Shown piece after piece: positions 39,523 through 49,056 of a DNA stretch of 64,000 bases. Position 1 is the first letter of the stretch. Every line of letters begins with the position of its first letter. This stretch comes from a bacterium (GTDB lineage: Bacteria; UBA8248). Made by a program: the position numbers and the translations under genes. The notes under the pieces were generated by a model, which worked only from the letters and a program-made list of their open reading frames with translations, was not told where the DNA came from and searched no databases. The DNA lies in contig CBDBBI010000010.1 in the NCBI GenBank assembly GCA_965202625.1, positions 736,001 to 800,000 of the forward strand, in the 5' to 3' direction.

Positions 39523-39834
39523 ATGACGGATAAGAGAATTTTCCTGATTGCATGGCTGAAACCCAAACCTGACAAAGAAGATGCGCTGTCCGAACTTCTT
39601 CAAGGCATGTGCATGCCGTCTCGAGCGGAGGAGGGGTGCATTTTCTACAACCTATTCAAGTCCAAGGATGAAGGGGGAGTCTTTCATTTCATTGAATGCT
39701 GGAAGACACAGGCGGCTTTGGACGCGCACCGAGAAGAGGCACATTACAAGGAGTTTCGCGCAAAACTGCCTGATTTGATCGCAGAGCCGGTGGGAGTGAA
39801 ATTCTTGGACGCCGTCGATGCGACGATTGGATGA
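39523..39834 (+). CDS. ABM/putative quinol monooxygenase
   Basis: SRAEEGCIFY, E.W....ALDAH...HY. Confidence 0.88.
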   Translation: MTDKRIFLIAWLKPKPDKEDALSELLQGMCMPSRAEEGCIFYNLFKSKDEGGVFHFIECWKTQAALDAHREEAHYKEFRAKLPDLIAEPVGVKFLDAVDATIG

Positions 39835-40008
39835 CCCCTAAACAACCGCGGAGATTCGGGAAAATTCAGAAGGTTTCCTGCGCTCGCTTTTGTTGCTCGC
39901 ACCTTCATGAACGCTTGAAGCCAAATTCGATAATCCCTAGATAGAGTTGATATTATCGTCTTTATCCCTATGCGGGCACGAATGATCGCTCTGCGGGCCC
40001 CACAGACG

Positions 40009-40788
40009 TCAGAACGATTGGCAGACTCCGGTAGCGATAAACCAGCATGAACGCACCCCTAACCAGAGCGACTTCAGCCTGCCACCGTCCAGGTTCAGAG
40101 ATACGCCAGTGATATAGCTCGCTCTTTCAGAGCAAAGAAAAACAATCGCATCCGCCAGCTCCTCAGGTTTGCCGAAGAGGCCAAGCCTTGGACGTTTCTC
40201 TTTCAGAGATCGGTATCCACCCAACCTGGACATACCGCGTTCACGTGAATCCCCCACTCCCCGAATTCCATGGACAGCGACTTCGTAATGTTCAAAAGAA
40301 CACTGTTCGTCATCCCGCTGCCAAACATATACGGATCGGGCTCCTTTCCCGCTTCCACGATGACGTTCAAAATGCGTCCCCACCCTCTGGCGCGCATCCC
40401 CGGGACGACCAAGCGTATGAGGCGTAGAAAACCAAACAGATTGGTGTCCAGTTGGGTTTACAAACGGACGTCGTCGAGCGCTTCGAATCCGCCAGAACGC
40501 ATTGTTCCAGCATTGTTCACCAAAATATCAACACCCCCCGTTTTCTCCTGCACACTTCTCACCAACGGCGCTAGATCGGCCTCATTCGCCGTGTCCGCTA
40601 CAGCAAAATGGATATCGCCTCCAGTTTCCTCCGCCAGTTCCGCGCAAGTCTCGATGAGGGCGTCTTGATTTCTCGCGCAAATAAAAAACCCTTGCTCCTT
40701 CTTCCAAAAGGCGTCTGGCCGTCTGCAGACCGATGCCTCAGCTGCCACCCGTCACCAAGGCCAATGTTCCCTTTATGCCCAATTCCAC
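40009..40788 (-). pseudogene. Decayed SDR oxidoreductase
   Basis: MELGIKGTLALVTGGS-[TGA 40738]-GIG, then frameshifts separating [20 protein letters not shown] and [14 protein letters not shown] into different frames. Confidence 0.85.
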
Positions 40789-40854
40789 AATTATCTTCTC
40801 ATCGAAACAGAGGAGCCGTTTTGCTCACAAAACGCCCGCCGCCCGGCCAGACTT

Positions 40855-41454
40855 TCAGCCTACGGCCTCCGACGCTTCCTCAACCTCATCCCACGTTTGC
40901 CATCTCACGATATCGTCTGCGGCTTCCACCGGATTATGCAACCCGTCCTGCAAACGGTTCCAAGCGTTGAACAAGCAGGTAAACAACGTTAATTCAACAA
41001 TATCTTTTTCATTGAAAAACTCTTTCAACGGCGCAAACGAGGCATCGTCAGAGGGCGCGGTGTTCTTCGTCAAGGCCGTTGCCCAGCGAATCACCGCTTT
41101 TTCTTTCTCGTCAAATAAATGGCTGTCTTCCCATCCCTCAACTATCAAAACGATGTGCTCATCTCTCAAACCCGCAGCTTGACCAAGCTTCACGTTGTGG
41201 TTCGTTCATATCTCGCAATCGTTGATGAGGGAAGGCGTAAGAATCGCCAACTGCATCAAACGCATTCTGGCTGGTTCCGCCCGCCATTGGCTTCTCAGCG
41301 CCACCGTCAGGTTGATGATATGTCGCAGCGCTTCAGGTGAATGTCCCAATGCGCGGTAGAAACTGGGCACCGTGCCCCACGTTTTTCTTGATTTTTCAAA
41401 CAACGGCTCATGGGTGCCCTTGGCATGGTCAGATATTGGCGTGATTCTCGGCAT
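40855..41454 (-). CDS. AhpD/carboxymuconolactone decarboxylase family peroxidase, probable selenoprotein (C80-x-x-U83)
   Basis: ORFs 41206..41454 and 40855..41193 are in the same frame, joined through TGA: NDCEI-[TGA]-TNH; GTVPSFYRALGHSP at the N-terminus and EKAVIRWA..LT, IVELT..FNAWNR in the C-terminal half. Confidence 0.85.
41173..41194 (-). promoter_or_regulatory. Candidate bacterial SECIS hairpin
   Basis: CGU-GA-AGCUU-GGUC-AAGCU-GCG, starting 12 nt after the UGA; GGUC loop as in the E. coli fdhF SECIS. Confidence 0.68.
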
Positions 41455-41627
41455 CTTCAGCTCCTTGTTCTATGAAGGTTCGCACAAAATTTTGCGCGAG
41501 CACTTTTTGCTGCTGGAGTAGATTTTAGTAGGTTTCGATGAACACTACCATCAAAATCGAAATTGGCTTTACGAGCCTATCCCTGTCATAAGGCAACATT
41601 CCACACATCCGATAAGGGAAAATCCTA

Positions 41628-42189
41628 ATGAAAGATGAAAAAATTCTTATCATCGCCGCGCATATAGATGGCACCGAGTTTCGCTCCACACACTCCGTCG
41701 CCAAGTCAATGAGCAAGGGCCCGCCACATGGGGTATTCCCCAGCCACGAGCGGAGACAAGGGTGTGAATCGGCATCGCTCGAGAAGGATCTCCATTGATG
41801 AGAAAAGAGCGATTTGAGAAGTCGAGCGAAATCGGCAACGGCGTTCGTTAGCTCCACCACGGCACTCATCCCGCCATTGCGAAAGCGACTTTCGACCGCT
41901 TTACCAATGAAAATTGCTCTCCGGAACTGCTTGCGAAAGGCACCGATCCGCCCAAGCCCCAAGAAGCATATTTTGGAAGGATTCGAAATGCCGACGTATG
42001 GTGAATCTTACAAATACGTTCGGCCTTAAAAATAGAAGCGCTGACGTGTCACAAGAGCCAACTCGGCGCCGTGAACATGGAAGACATAATTTCCTGATTT
42101 CCCTTTTGCGCGACTGGACAAAACACGCGGGCGAGAGGGACAACCTTGAGTACGCCGAGTGTTACCGCCGCATGGAAGTCCCGCAATAA
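41628..42189 (+). pseudogene. Decayed PIG-L/LmbE family deacetylase
   Basis: ILIIAAHIDGTEF, ATSGDKG, VNLTNTFGLK/KIEALTCHKSQ and EYAECYRR scattered over different frames with stops. Confidence 0.8.
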
Positions 42190-42277
42190 CACCGCACCAT
42201 CGCTCTTTTCATAAAGCACGCGAGCGTTTACACTTGAGACAGTAGGCACAATTCGTTCGTACGCATAAGGAGCGCAT

Positions 42278-44140
42278 ATGTTCGGATATCAAGGGAAGAT
42301 ACTGCACATTGATTTGAGCAATCGCACATCGCGCATCGAGGAATTCGACGAATCCATGGGCCGCTTGTTTCTAGGCGGAAACGGTTTCGGGGCCAAAATC
42401 CTTTGGGATCACCTGAAGCCGGGCGTTGATCCGCTCTCAGAGGACAACATCATCGTCTGTGCCGTGGGGCCTTATACGGATTCCGCTGTGCCTAGCGCGA
42501 GTCGAGCCTGCGCCGCCACCATCAGTCCACTGACGGGGTTGTTCTTTGACAGCACCTTTGGGGGCGCTTGGCCCATCACCCTCAAACGTACGGGGCATGA
42601 CGCGATCGTTCTCCACGGCAAGGCCGATGCACTTATTTACCTCCTAATCACCGAAAGCGGGGTAGAATTCAAGGACGCCCACGATTTGAGGGGAAAGTGG
42701 ATTCGCGAGACGTGCGATTCCATTTCAGAGCGCGAAGGCGGCGCCGACGTCTTGGCAATCGGCCCCGCGGGAGAAAACCAAGTCCGCTTCGCGGCCATGG
42801 CACATACGTGGCGAAAAAGTCGAGACGGCATCAGCGGCCGTGGTGGCATGGCGGCCGTTTTAGGCAGTAAAAACGTGAAGGCCGTCGCCCTGCGCGGCAA
42901 AGCGAAAACCGACTTCGCCGACGTCAAGGCTTTGAGGAAATACGTAAACGATACCGCCGAGGACGTCCGCACGGGCACGGCGGTTTTGCACAAATATGGC
43001 ACGCCTATTCTCGTCAATATGATCAACAAGATGGGGGCACTCGGCACCCGAAATCTCATGTCCGAGATATTTGAAAATTGTGAACCCATCAGTGGTGAAT
43101 ACATGCACGAGAATTTTTGGGACAAGGACACCACGTGCCTTAAATGCCCGGTAGCGTGCGGCAAGAATTTTGTCATGAAGGGAGGGGAGTTCGACGGTCT
43201 AAAATGGAAACTTCCGGAGTATGAAACCATATTTGCGCTGGGAACCATGTTGGGTATTGGAGATCCAGGCGTGATGCTCCAGGCCAACATGCTCTGTGAC
43301 GAACTCGGCCTCGACACAATATCCGCTGGTGTCACGCTTTCGCTCGCTTTTGAGTGCTTTGAAAAAGGGCTGTTGAGCGAAGCAGAAGTCAACGCGCCGC
43401 TTCAATGGGGCGACTCCTCCACCATGCTGAGACTTTTGGAGGAGATGGCTAACCGCCAGGGCTTCGGGGCCAGACTTGCGGAGGGTGGCCAGCGCCTCGC
43501 CGAGGAAATCGGCGGCGACGCTCCCCGTCTTTTATATGCTTGCAGAGGGCTGGAACTTCCCGCGCACAGCGCGCGCGCACTCAAAGGCATGTCCATCGGC
43601 TATGCTACGGGCACGAGGGGCGGCAGCCACCACGACACCCGACCAACCTTGCAATACGCCTCTGATCACGACAACACGTCAACGAACGGGAAGTCCGCGT
43701 TCGCCGTGCGAACGCAAAATTTCACCGCGCTCGGCGACTCCATCACCCAATGTCGCTTTACGGCCGAGCGCGGCTACGGCGCGATGATCAACGAGAAATA
43801 CGCGCACATGCTCAACTTGGTCACCGGCTGGGATACGACGGAATCCGAGCTAGAGGAAACCGGCGAGCGCATTTGCAATTTAGAGCGCGCCCTTCACGTG
43901 AGAGAAGGGTTGAATCGCACACACGACCTGCTTCCTCACAAGGTGATGTATGAGCCGATTCCAGACGGCCCCCACAAAGGTATGCACTGCCCCCCTGACG
44001 AATTAGAGGCCATGAAGGATGAATTTTACGGGATACGCGGCTGGAATGAGAAGGGCATCCCCACAACGAATACCCTCAAAAGGCTCAAACTGGACGCCGT
44101 CGCCAAGGAGCTGGCCGCTGCAGCCAATAGTTCCCAATGA
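42278..44140 (+). CDS. aor: Aldehyde:ferredoxin oxidoreductase family (tungstopterin) protein
   Basis: IGPAGEN.V.FA, GRGGMAAVLGSKNVKA, CLKCPVAC, PEYET, CDELGLDTIS, RGW...GIPT. Confidence 0.93.
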   Translation: MFGYQGKILHIDLSNRTSRIEEFDESMGRLFLGGNGFGAKILWDHLKPGVDPLSEDNIIVCAVGPYTDSAVPSASRACAATISPLTGLFFDSTFGGAWPITLKRTGHDAIVLHGKADALIYLLITESGVEFKDAHDLRGKWIRETCDSISEREGGADVLAIGPAGENQVRFAAMAHTWRKSRDGISGRGGMAAVLGSKNVKAVALRGKAKTDFADVKALRKYVNDTAEDVRTGTAVLHKYGTPILVNMINKMGALGTRNLMSEIFENCEPISGEYMHENFWDKDTTCLKCPVACGKNFVMKGGEFDGLKWKLPEYETIFALGTMLGIGDPGVMLQANMLCDELGLDTISAGVTLSLAFECFEKGLLSEAEVNAPLQWGDSSTMLRLLEEMANRQGFGARLAEGGQRLAEEIGGDAPRLLYACRGLELPAHSARALKGMSIGYATGTRGGSHHDTRPTLQYASDHDNTSTNGKSAFAVRTQNFTALGDSITQCRFTAERGYGAMINEKYAHMLNLVTGWDTTESELEETGERICNLERALHVREGLNRTHDLLPHKVMYEPIPDGPHKGMHCPPDELEAMKDEFYGIRGWNEKGIPTTNTLKRLKLDAVAKELAAAANSSQ

Positions 44141-44239
44141 ACTCGCGCATTCTGCAAACGACTCGTGCCGGTAGTGGGTGAGCCCCACTCGAAACGGGAC
44201 GCGGAAGCGCGTCAGTGCAAAATCGATTTACGAAAATGC

Positions 44240-45397
44240 CTACGCAACAGAATATTTCTCCACCAATCGCCTCGCGATCACCATACGCTGAATATCGTTC
44301 GTCCCCTCTCCTACTTGCAGGAGAATCGCATCGCGATAATATCTTTCAATCGGTAATTCCTTGATATAGCCGTATCCACCGTGAATATGGACAGCCGCCT
44401 CGGACGCTCTTTGGCAAACGTCCGTGGCAAATAATTTCGCCATTCCCGCCTCGAGATCGCATCGCGCCCCTTGGTCCTTCAAGAATGCCGCGTGGTAGGT
44501 GAGCTGCCTAGCCGCCTCTAGGGAAGTCGCCATGTCGGCAAGTTTGATCTGAATCGCCTGATGCTCAGCGATGGGCTTGCCCATCGTCTTTCTTTGCTGC
44601 GCATATTTAATGGAATCTTCAAAGCAAGCGGTGTGAAGACCCACCGCTCGGGCAGCCACTTGAATACGCCCCAATTCCAGGGCCGCCATCAGGTGGTGAA
44701 ATCCTCTATTTTCCTCTCCGATCAAATAAGCGACGGGAACCACACAATTGTCAAAAACCAACTCCCCTGTCCGAATGCCCTTATAACCCATCTTGTCCAA
44801 ATGGCGGCTGGCGCTGAAGCCAGACAGGTTTCTATCCATGAGAATGCAGCTTATCCCTCGGGTGGGTTTGTCTGCGTTAGGATTCGTACGGGCCATGACG
44901 GCGAAATGGGTCGCGTTCTCGCTGTTGGTAATGAACATTTTAGAACCATTTACGAAATAATCTCGTCCTTTACGGCGCGCTGAAGTTCGTAGGGCCGCGA
45001 CGTCGGAACCTCCATCCGCTTCGGTAATGCCGATGCCAAACCGCATCTTCCCCTCAGCTACTTTCGGGAGCCACGCCCCGCGCTGCTCGTCACTTCCGAA
45101 TTCGTTGATCATCCATCCGACCATTGAGTGGCCACCGAGCACACCGGTCAAACTCATCCAACCTCGCGCCAGCTCCTCCGTCAGAACAGTGAAACTCACC
45201 GCATCCATCTCACCGCCGCCATAGGGCTCCGGTACAAGTGCGCCGAAATACCCCAACTCCTTCATCCGTTCGACCAGAGGATAAGGATATTCATCCTTAT
45301 GCTCATACTCGCTGGCAAGAGGTATAACTTCTTGATTTACGAATTGTCGAACGCTACTTTGGAGTGCGGTCTGAAACTCATTAAACCGAACGTTCAC
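44240..45397 (-). CDS. Acyl-CoA dehydrogenase
   Basis: ITEADGGSD, NGSKMFITN, GRI.VAA, QIKLADM, HGGYGY, GEGTNDIQR. Confidence 0.95.
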   Translation of the reverse strand: MNVRFNEFQTALQSSVRQFVNQEVIPLASEYEHKDEYPYPLVERMKELGYFGALVPEPYGGGEMDAVSFTVLTEELARGWMSLTGVLGGHSMVGWMINEFGSDEQRGAWLPKVAEGKMRFGIGITEADGGSDVAALRTSARRKGRDYFVNGSKMFITNSENATHFAVMARTNPNADKPTRGISCILMDRNLSGFSASRHLDKMGYKGIRTGELVFDNCVVPVAYLIGEENRGFHHLMAALELGRIQVAARAVGLHTACFEDSIKYAQQRKTMGKPIAEHQAIQIKLADMATSLEAARQLTYHAAFLKDQGARCDLEAGMAKLFATDVCQRASEAAVHIHGGYGYIKELPIERYYRDAILLQVGEGTNDIQRMVIARRLVEKYSVA

Positions 45398-45448
45398 CTC
45401 ATCGCCCCCAGAACAACGCGCGGTAGTTGAGATAGTGGATATTCATTC

Positions 45449-45790
45449 TCAACCGAACAGCGAAAGTCCACCCATAGATTCAGGGATCAAGAGACGCTCC
45501 ACGGACTCGCCATTCTCCAAATGCCTCTCCACAATATCCTCGGCGTCCTTCGGCCTCACACCGCCATACCAGACGTTATCGGGCATCACACAAACGACTG
45601 TCCCGTTCTCGCAAATATCCAGGCAACTCGTCGCGAGTATCCGCGCCCGTCCGTTCAGGTTTTTCTCCTCCAAAAGGGATTTCATACGCTCGCGAACTTC
45701 CAACGAACCACAACGAGAACAACTCCCCTTGGGATGATCCGCCACGCGTTCGTTTGTGCATACCAAAACGTAGCGCTTCCCTCGGAACAT
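45449..45790 (-). CDS. Thioredoxin-like [2Fe-2S] ferredoxin
   Basis: VCTN..C..TSCLDIC..G...P..VWY. Confidence 0.88.
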   Translation of the reverse strand: MFRGKRYVLVCTNERVADHPKGSCSRCGSLEVRERMKSLLEEKNLNGRARILATSCLDICENGTVVCVMPDNVWYGGVRPKDAEDIVERHLENGESVERLLIPESMGGLSLFG

Positions 45791-46021
45791 CTCGTCCGCT
45801 CCAACGTTTGACAAAAGGGATAGCCCGTGTTTTGGCACGGGTGTCAACGCGCGTATAGATTCCATGCCTATCTCTTACCTATGCTATCGAGACTAGCACT
45901 TACGCGACGTATCTTCAATCCGAATCGATCCTTTCGCTTGTTTCCGCGTGTTTGTATTTATCCCAGAAAACGACATAAAATTACATTTTCATCTATTGAG
46001 TTTTTCTGACGAAAGGCGAAT

Positions 46022-46798
46022 ATGCCCTCTAGCCCATCTGTAAACCGGCCCAAACGCGTTTTATTCTTCGCCACATGCCTCGTGGAGCACTTCTTTCCGG
46101 AAATCGGCGAGGCAACCGTCCATTTACTCGAGAATGCGGACCTTGAAGTCATTTATCCAGAAGGACTCACTTGCTGCGGACTTCCGCATTACAACAACGG
46201 CTTCAGAGCGGAAGCAAGAAAAATACTTGAACCCCAATTGTGCTTGCTTGAGGGGAACATTCCGATTGTCGTCCCTTCAGGCTCTTGTGGTTGGATGCTC
46301 AAATGCGTTTTGCCTACGCTGTTCACTAACGACCCCTGGACGAGGGAAAGAGCCGAGCGAATTGCTAGGCGGGTAGTCGAGTTGTCCCAATTTCTATGCA
46401 AGATCAAGGTAAATGACTTTGGCGTCACGCTTCCCGGAAAGACGGCGTATCACGATTCATGTCATCTTCTCCGTGGACTGGGAGAAAACCAAACACCGCG
46501 CCAATGTCTCGACCTCGTGGCCGAGAATCGAGAAGAGTTACCCGGCTGTGAGCACTGCTGTGGATTCGGCGGTTCGTTTTCCGTCAAGTTCCCAAAAGTC
46601 TCGTGCGCTATGCTGGAGGAAAAAATTCAGTCCGCTGAAAAAATCAATGCCACTTGGCTCATAGCGGCCGACGCTGGATGTATGCTCCAAATATCAGGCG
46701 GACTATCAAGGCGGAACAGCGATATCAAACTTCTCCATCTCGCGCAAGCCCTCGCCGGACCAAACAATCCGGGCTGGCCCGAGGAGCATCGGCCTTGA
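46022..46798 (+). CDS. lutA: LutA/LldE (CCG domain) Fe-S protein
   Basis: FATCL, TCCG.P, SGSC, YHDSCH, CCGFGGSFSVK, DAGCM. Confidence 0.92.
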   Translation: MPSSPSVNRPKRVLFFATCLVEHFFPEIGEATVHLLENADLEVIYPEGLTCCGLPHYNNGFRAEARKILEPQLCLLEGNIPIVVPSGSCGWMLKCVLPTLFTNDPWTRERAERIARRVVELSQFLCKIKVNDFGVTLPGKTAYHDSCHLLRGLGENQTPRQCLDLVAENREELPGCEHCCGFGGSFSVKFPKVSCAMLEEKIQSAEKINATWLIAADAGCMLQISGGLSRRNSDIKLLHLAQALAGPNNPGWPEEHRP

Positions 46799-48969
46799 GT
46801 ACGCCCTTTAACGATCGAGCAAACTCCGCTTTAGCCGATGCGCCCCTCCAGGAGGCCCTTCAAACGGCTACCGGCAAATTTGCCGACCTGCGCATGCAGG
46901 CTTTTGAATCGACCGCCGCGCCACTCGCCTTGCGGGCAAAAGCGAGAGACATTCGCAGAAGGACATTCGATAATCTTGACGAGCACCTAGAGACTTTGTT
47001 CAAAAACCTAGAACGTCTCGGCGTGCGCATCCATCCAGCTGCGGATGCAGATTCCGCAAGACGCATCGTTCTCGACATCGCTCGAAAAAACGGGGTCAAG
47101 ACAGTCGTCAAAAGCAAATCCATGGCGTCTGAGGAAATTCACCTGAACCAGGCTCTGAAGTCGGCCGATATCACGCCTTACGAAACCGATTTAGGAGAAT
47201 GGATACTCCAGCTGGCCAATGAAACGCCGAGTCACCTCGTGGCACCGGCCATCCACAAAACACTCAAGCAAGTACAAGAGATTTTTCGCAAAAAAATAGA
47301 TCCGCACTCCAGCTCAGACCCTGAAGCGCTCACAGCGATCGCCCGAAAGAAGCTCAGAGAAGAATTTCTGCGCGCCGGCATGGGAATCAGCGGCGTGAAT
47401 TTCGCCGTGGCGGAAACAGGAATGCTTTGCCTCGTCACAAACGAGGGAAACGGGCGACTCGTCACCACCCTACCAAAAGTGCATGTCGCCATCATGGGAT
47501 TCGAAAAGGTGGTACCCACGCTGAAAGAGACGCTTACGCTCCTCTCGGTTCTCCCCCGCAGCGCGACGGGTCAAAAGCTCTCCAGTTATTTTACCATGCT
47601 CACGGGGCCGAGAAGAGAGACGGAAGCCGACGGTCCCGATGAAATGCATCTCGTCCTCCTCGACGGCGGTCGCTCCAGACACTTGGGAACGCCATTTCAA
47701 GAAGCGTTTCATTGTATTCGTTGCGGGGCTTGTCAAAACGCCTGCCCCGTCTTCCAAACAGTGGGCGGACATACCTATGATTCCGTCTATGGGGGACCAA
47801 TTGGCTCTATCCTGAGCCCCATGCTGCGCGGCCTTGAAGTTTCGGGAGAGCTTCCCGCGGCATCGAGTCTCTGTGGCGCTTGTATGGATGCCTGCCCCGT
47901 CTTCGTGGATATTCCTCGTATGTTGTTGGAGATGAGAGAGGCGCGAACAGCTCAAAAAAATAACACCCTCTTAGAAAGATTCTCATTTCGACTACTCGGC
48001 GCTGCAATGCGCAAACCCTTTGTTTGGGAAATGGGTTTCAAGACAGCCTCTATATTTTCAAGGTTCCTGAACTCCAAAACGGCCGGTTGGCTTCCGGGAC
48101 CTCCGGGCGTCTGGGCGCAGGGGCGCGATATTCCCCGGATTGCGAAAAAAAGTTTTAGAGCGCGCTGGAGAGAGCGAAAGCAAGAAGCCGTCAATGCATC
48201 ACCGACAGTTCTTGGCCCATCACGGGCGAGCAGCCCGGATGAGGTGATTCAGACGACGCATCGCGCCCTAAAGTTGGCGCATGGACTGTCGCACGGAAGC
48301 GTGGAAACTCCTGAAGAACCCCTGCCGGAAATTGATATTCCGGACACCGTCGCTCGCTTTTCCATAGAATTTGAGGCCGTGGCGAATCCTGCTTTTCGTC
48401 CAAATTCCATGAGAGACGTTCGAGAATACGTCCTCACGTTGGCGGACAAATGGAAAGAATACTCCATCGCCATCAGCCACGACTTACCGGTAGAAGTGGC
48501 GGCTTGGCTCAAAAGCGAGGGTTTTGAAGTATTATTTCCATCGAACGACGGGGATAATCGAAACGCTATCGCCCGATGCGGCATCGGAATCACAAGTTGT
48601 GATTGGGCGATTGCGGAGACTGGCAGCATCGTCTTGCTCAGCGGACCCGGCCGCCCTCGCCTTCACTCCCTGCTGCCAGAAATCCACTTGGCGTTCATTC
48701 CTGAAAAGAATATATTGCCGCACATTTCCTCACTGGGCGCGAAACTAGAAGGCGTCTTCACGCAAAAACAAGACGCCACGCCCAGTTGCGTCAACATCAT
48801 CACAGGCCCTAGTCGTTCGGCCGACATCGCGCTCACCCTCATCAAGGGCGTCCATGGGCCACGCGACGTTTTTGCGATTATTATTCCCGCCACCCTCCTT
48901 CCGGAAGATTCGCAAAGCGCGTCTGCACCAACAGCGGAGCAAGAGAAGTTTCCGCTCGAAAACGAATAA
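46795..48969 (+). CDS. lutB: LutB/LldF fused to a LutC/LldG domain
   Basis: VKSKSM.SEE, ETDLGE, LVTNEGN, CIRCGAC.NAC and SSLCGAC..CP ferredoxin motifs, then IAETGS..ITGPSRSADI..GVHGP. Confidence 0.92.
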   Translation: MSTPFNDRANSALADAPLQEALQTATGKFADLRMQAFESTAAPLALRAKARDIRRRTFDNLDEHLETLFKNLERLGVRIHPAADADSARRIVLDIARKNGVKTVVKSKSMASEEIHLNQALKSADITPYETDLGEWILQLANETPSHLVAPAIHKTLKQVQEIFRKKIDPHSSSDPEALTAIARKKLREEFLRAGMGISGVNFAVAETGMLCLVTNEGNGRLVTTLPKVHVAIMGFEKVVPTLKETLTLLSVLPRSATGQKLSSYFTMLTGPRRETEADGPDEMHLVLLDGGRSRHLGTPFQEAFHCIRCGACQNACPVFQTVGGHTYDSVYGGPIGSILSPMLRGLEVSGELPAASSLCGACMDACPVFVDIPRMLLEMREARTAQKNNTLLERFSFRLLGAAMRKPFVWEMGFKTASIFSRFLNSKTAGWLPGPPGVWAQGRDIPRIAKKSFRARWRERKQEAVNASPTVLGPSRASSPDEVIQTTHRALKLAHGLSHGSVETPEEPLPEIDIPDTVARFSIEFEAVANPAFRPNSMRDVREYVLTLADKWKEYSIAISHDLPVEVAAWLKSEGFEVLFPSNDGDNRNAIARCGIGITSCDWAIAETGSIVLLSGPGRPRLHSLLPEIHLAFIPEKNILPHISSLGAKLEGVFTQKQDATPSCVNIITGPSRSADIALTLIKGVHGPRDVFAIIIPATLLPEDSQSASAPTAEQEKFPLENE

Positions 48970-48980
48970 TCCGTCTCGCT

Positions 48981-49026
48981 GCTCACGAAGCCCCGGGACA
49001 GATATCTGTCCCGGGGCTTCGTGAGC
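48981..49026. repeat. Perfect 46-bp palindrome between convergent genes (possible bidirectional terminator)
   Basis: GCTCACGAAGCCCCGGGACAGAT|ATCTGTCCCGGGGCTTCGTGAGC. Confidence 0.9.
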
Positions 49027-49056
49027 CTGATCTTTTAGAATCGCAGACACTACAAA

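Noticed and set aside
40738-40740. In-frame TGA in the SDR as a third Sec codon
   Set aside because: It falls in TGGS-x-GIG, which is not a Cys column, and the gene also has frameshifts.
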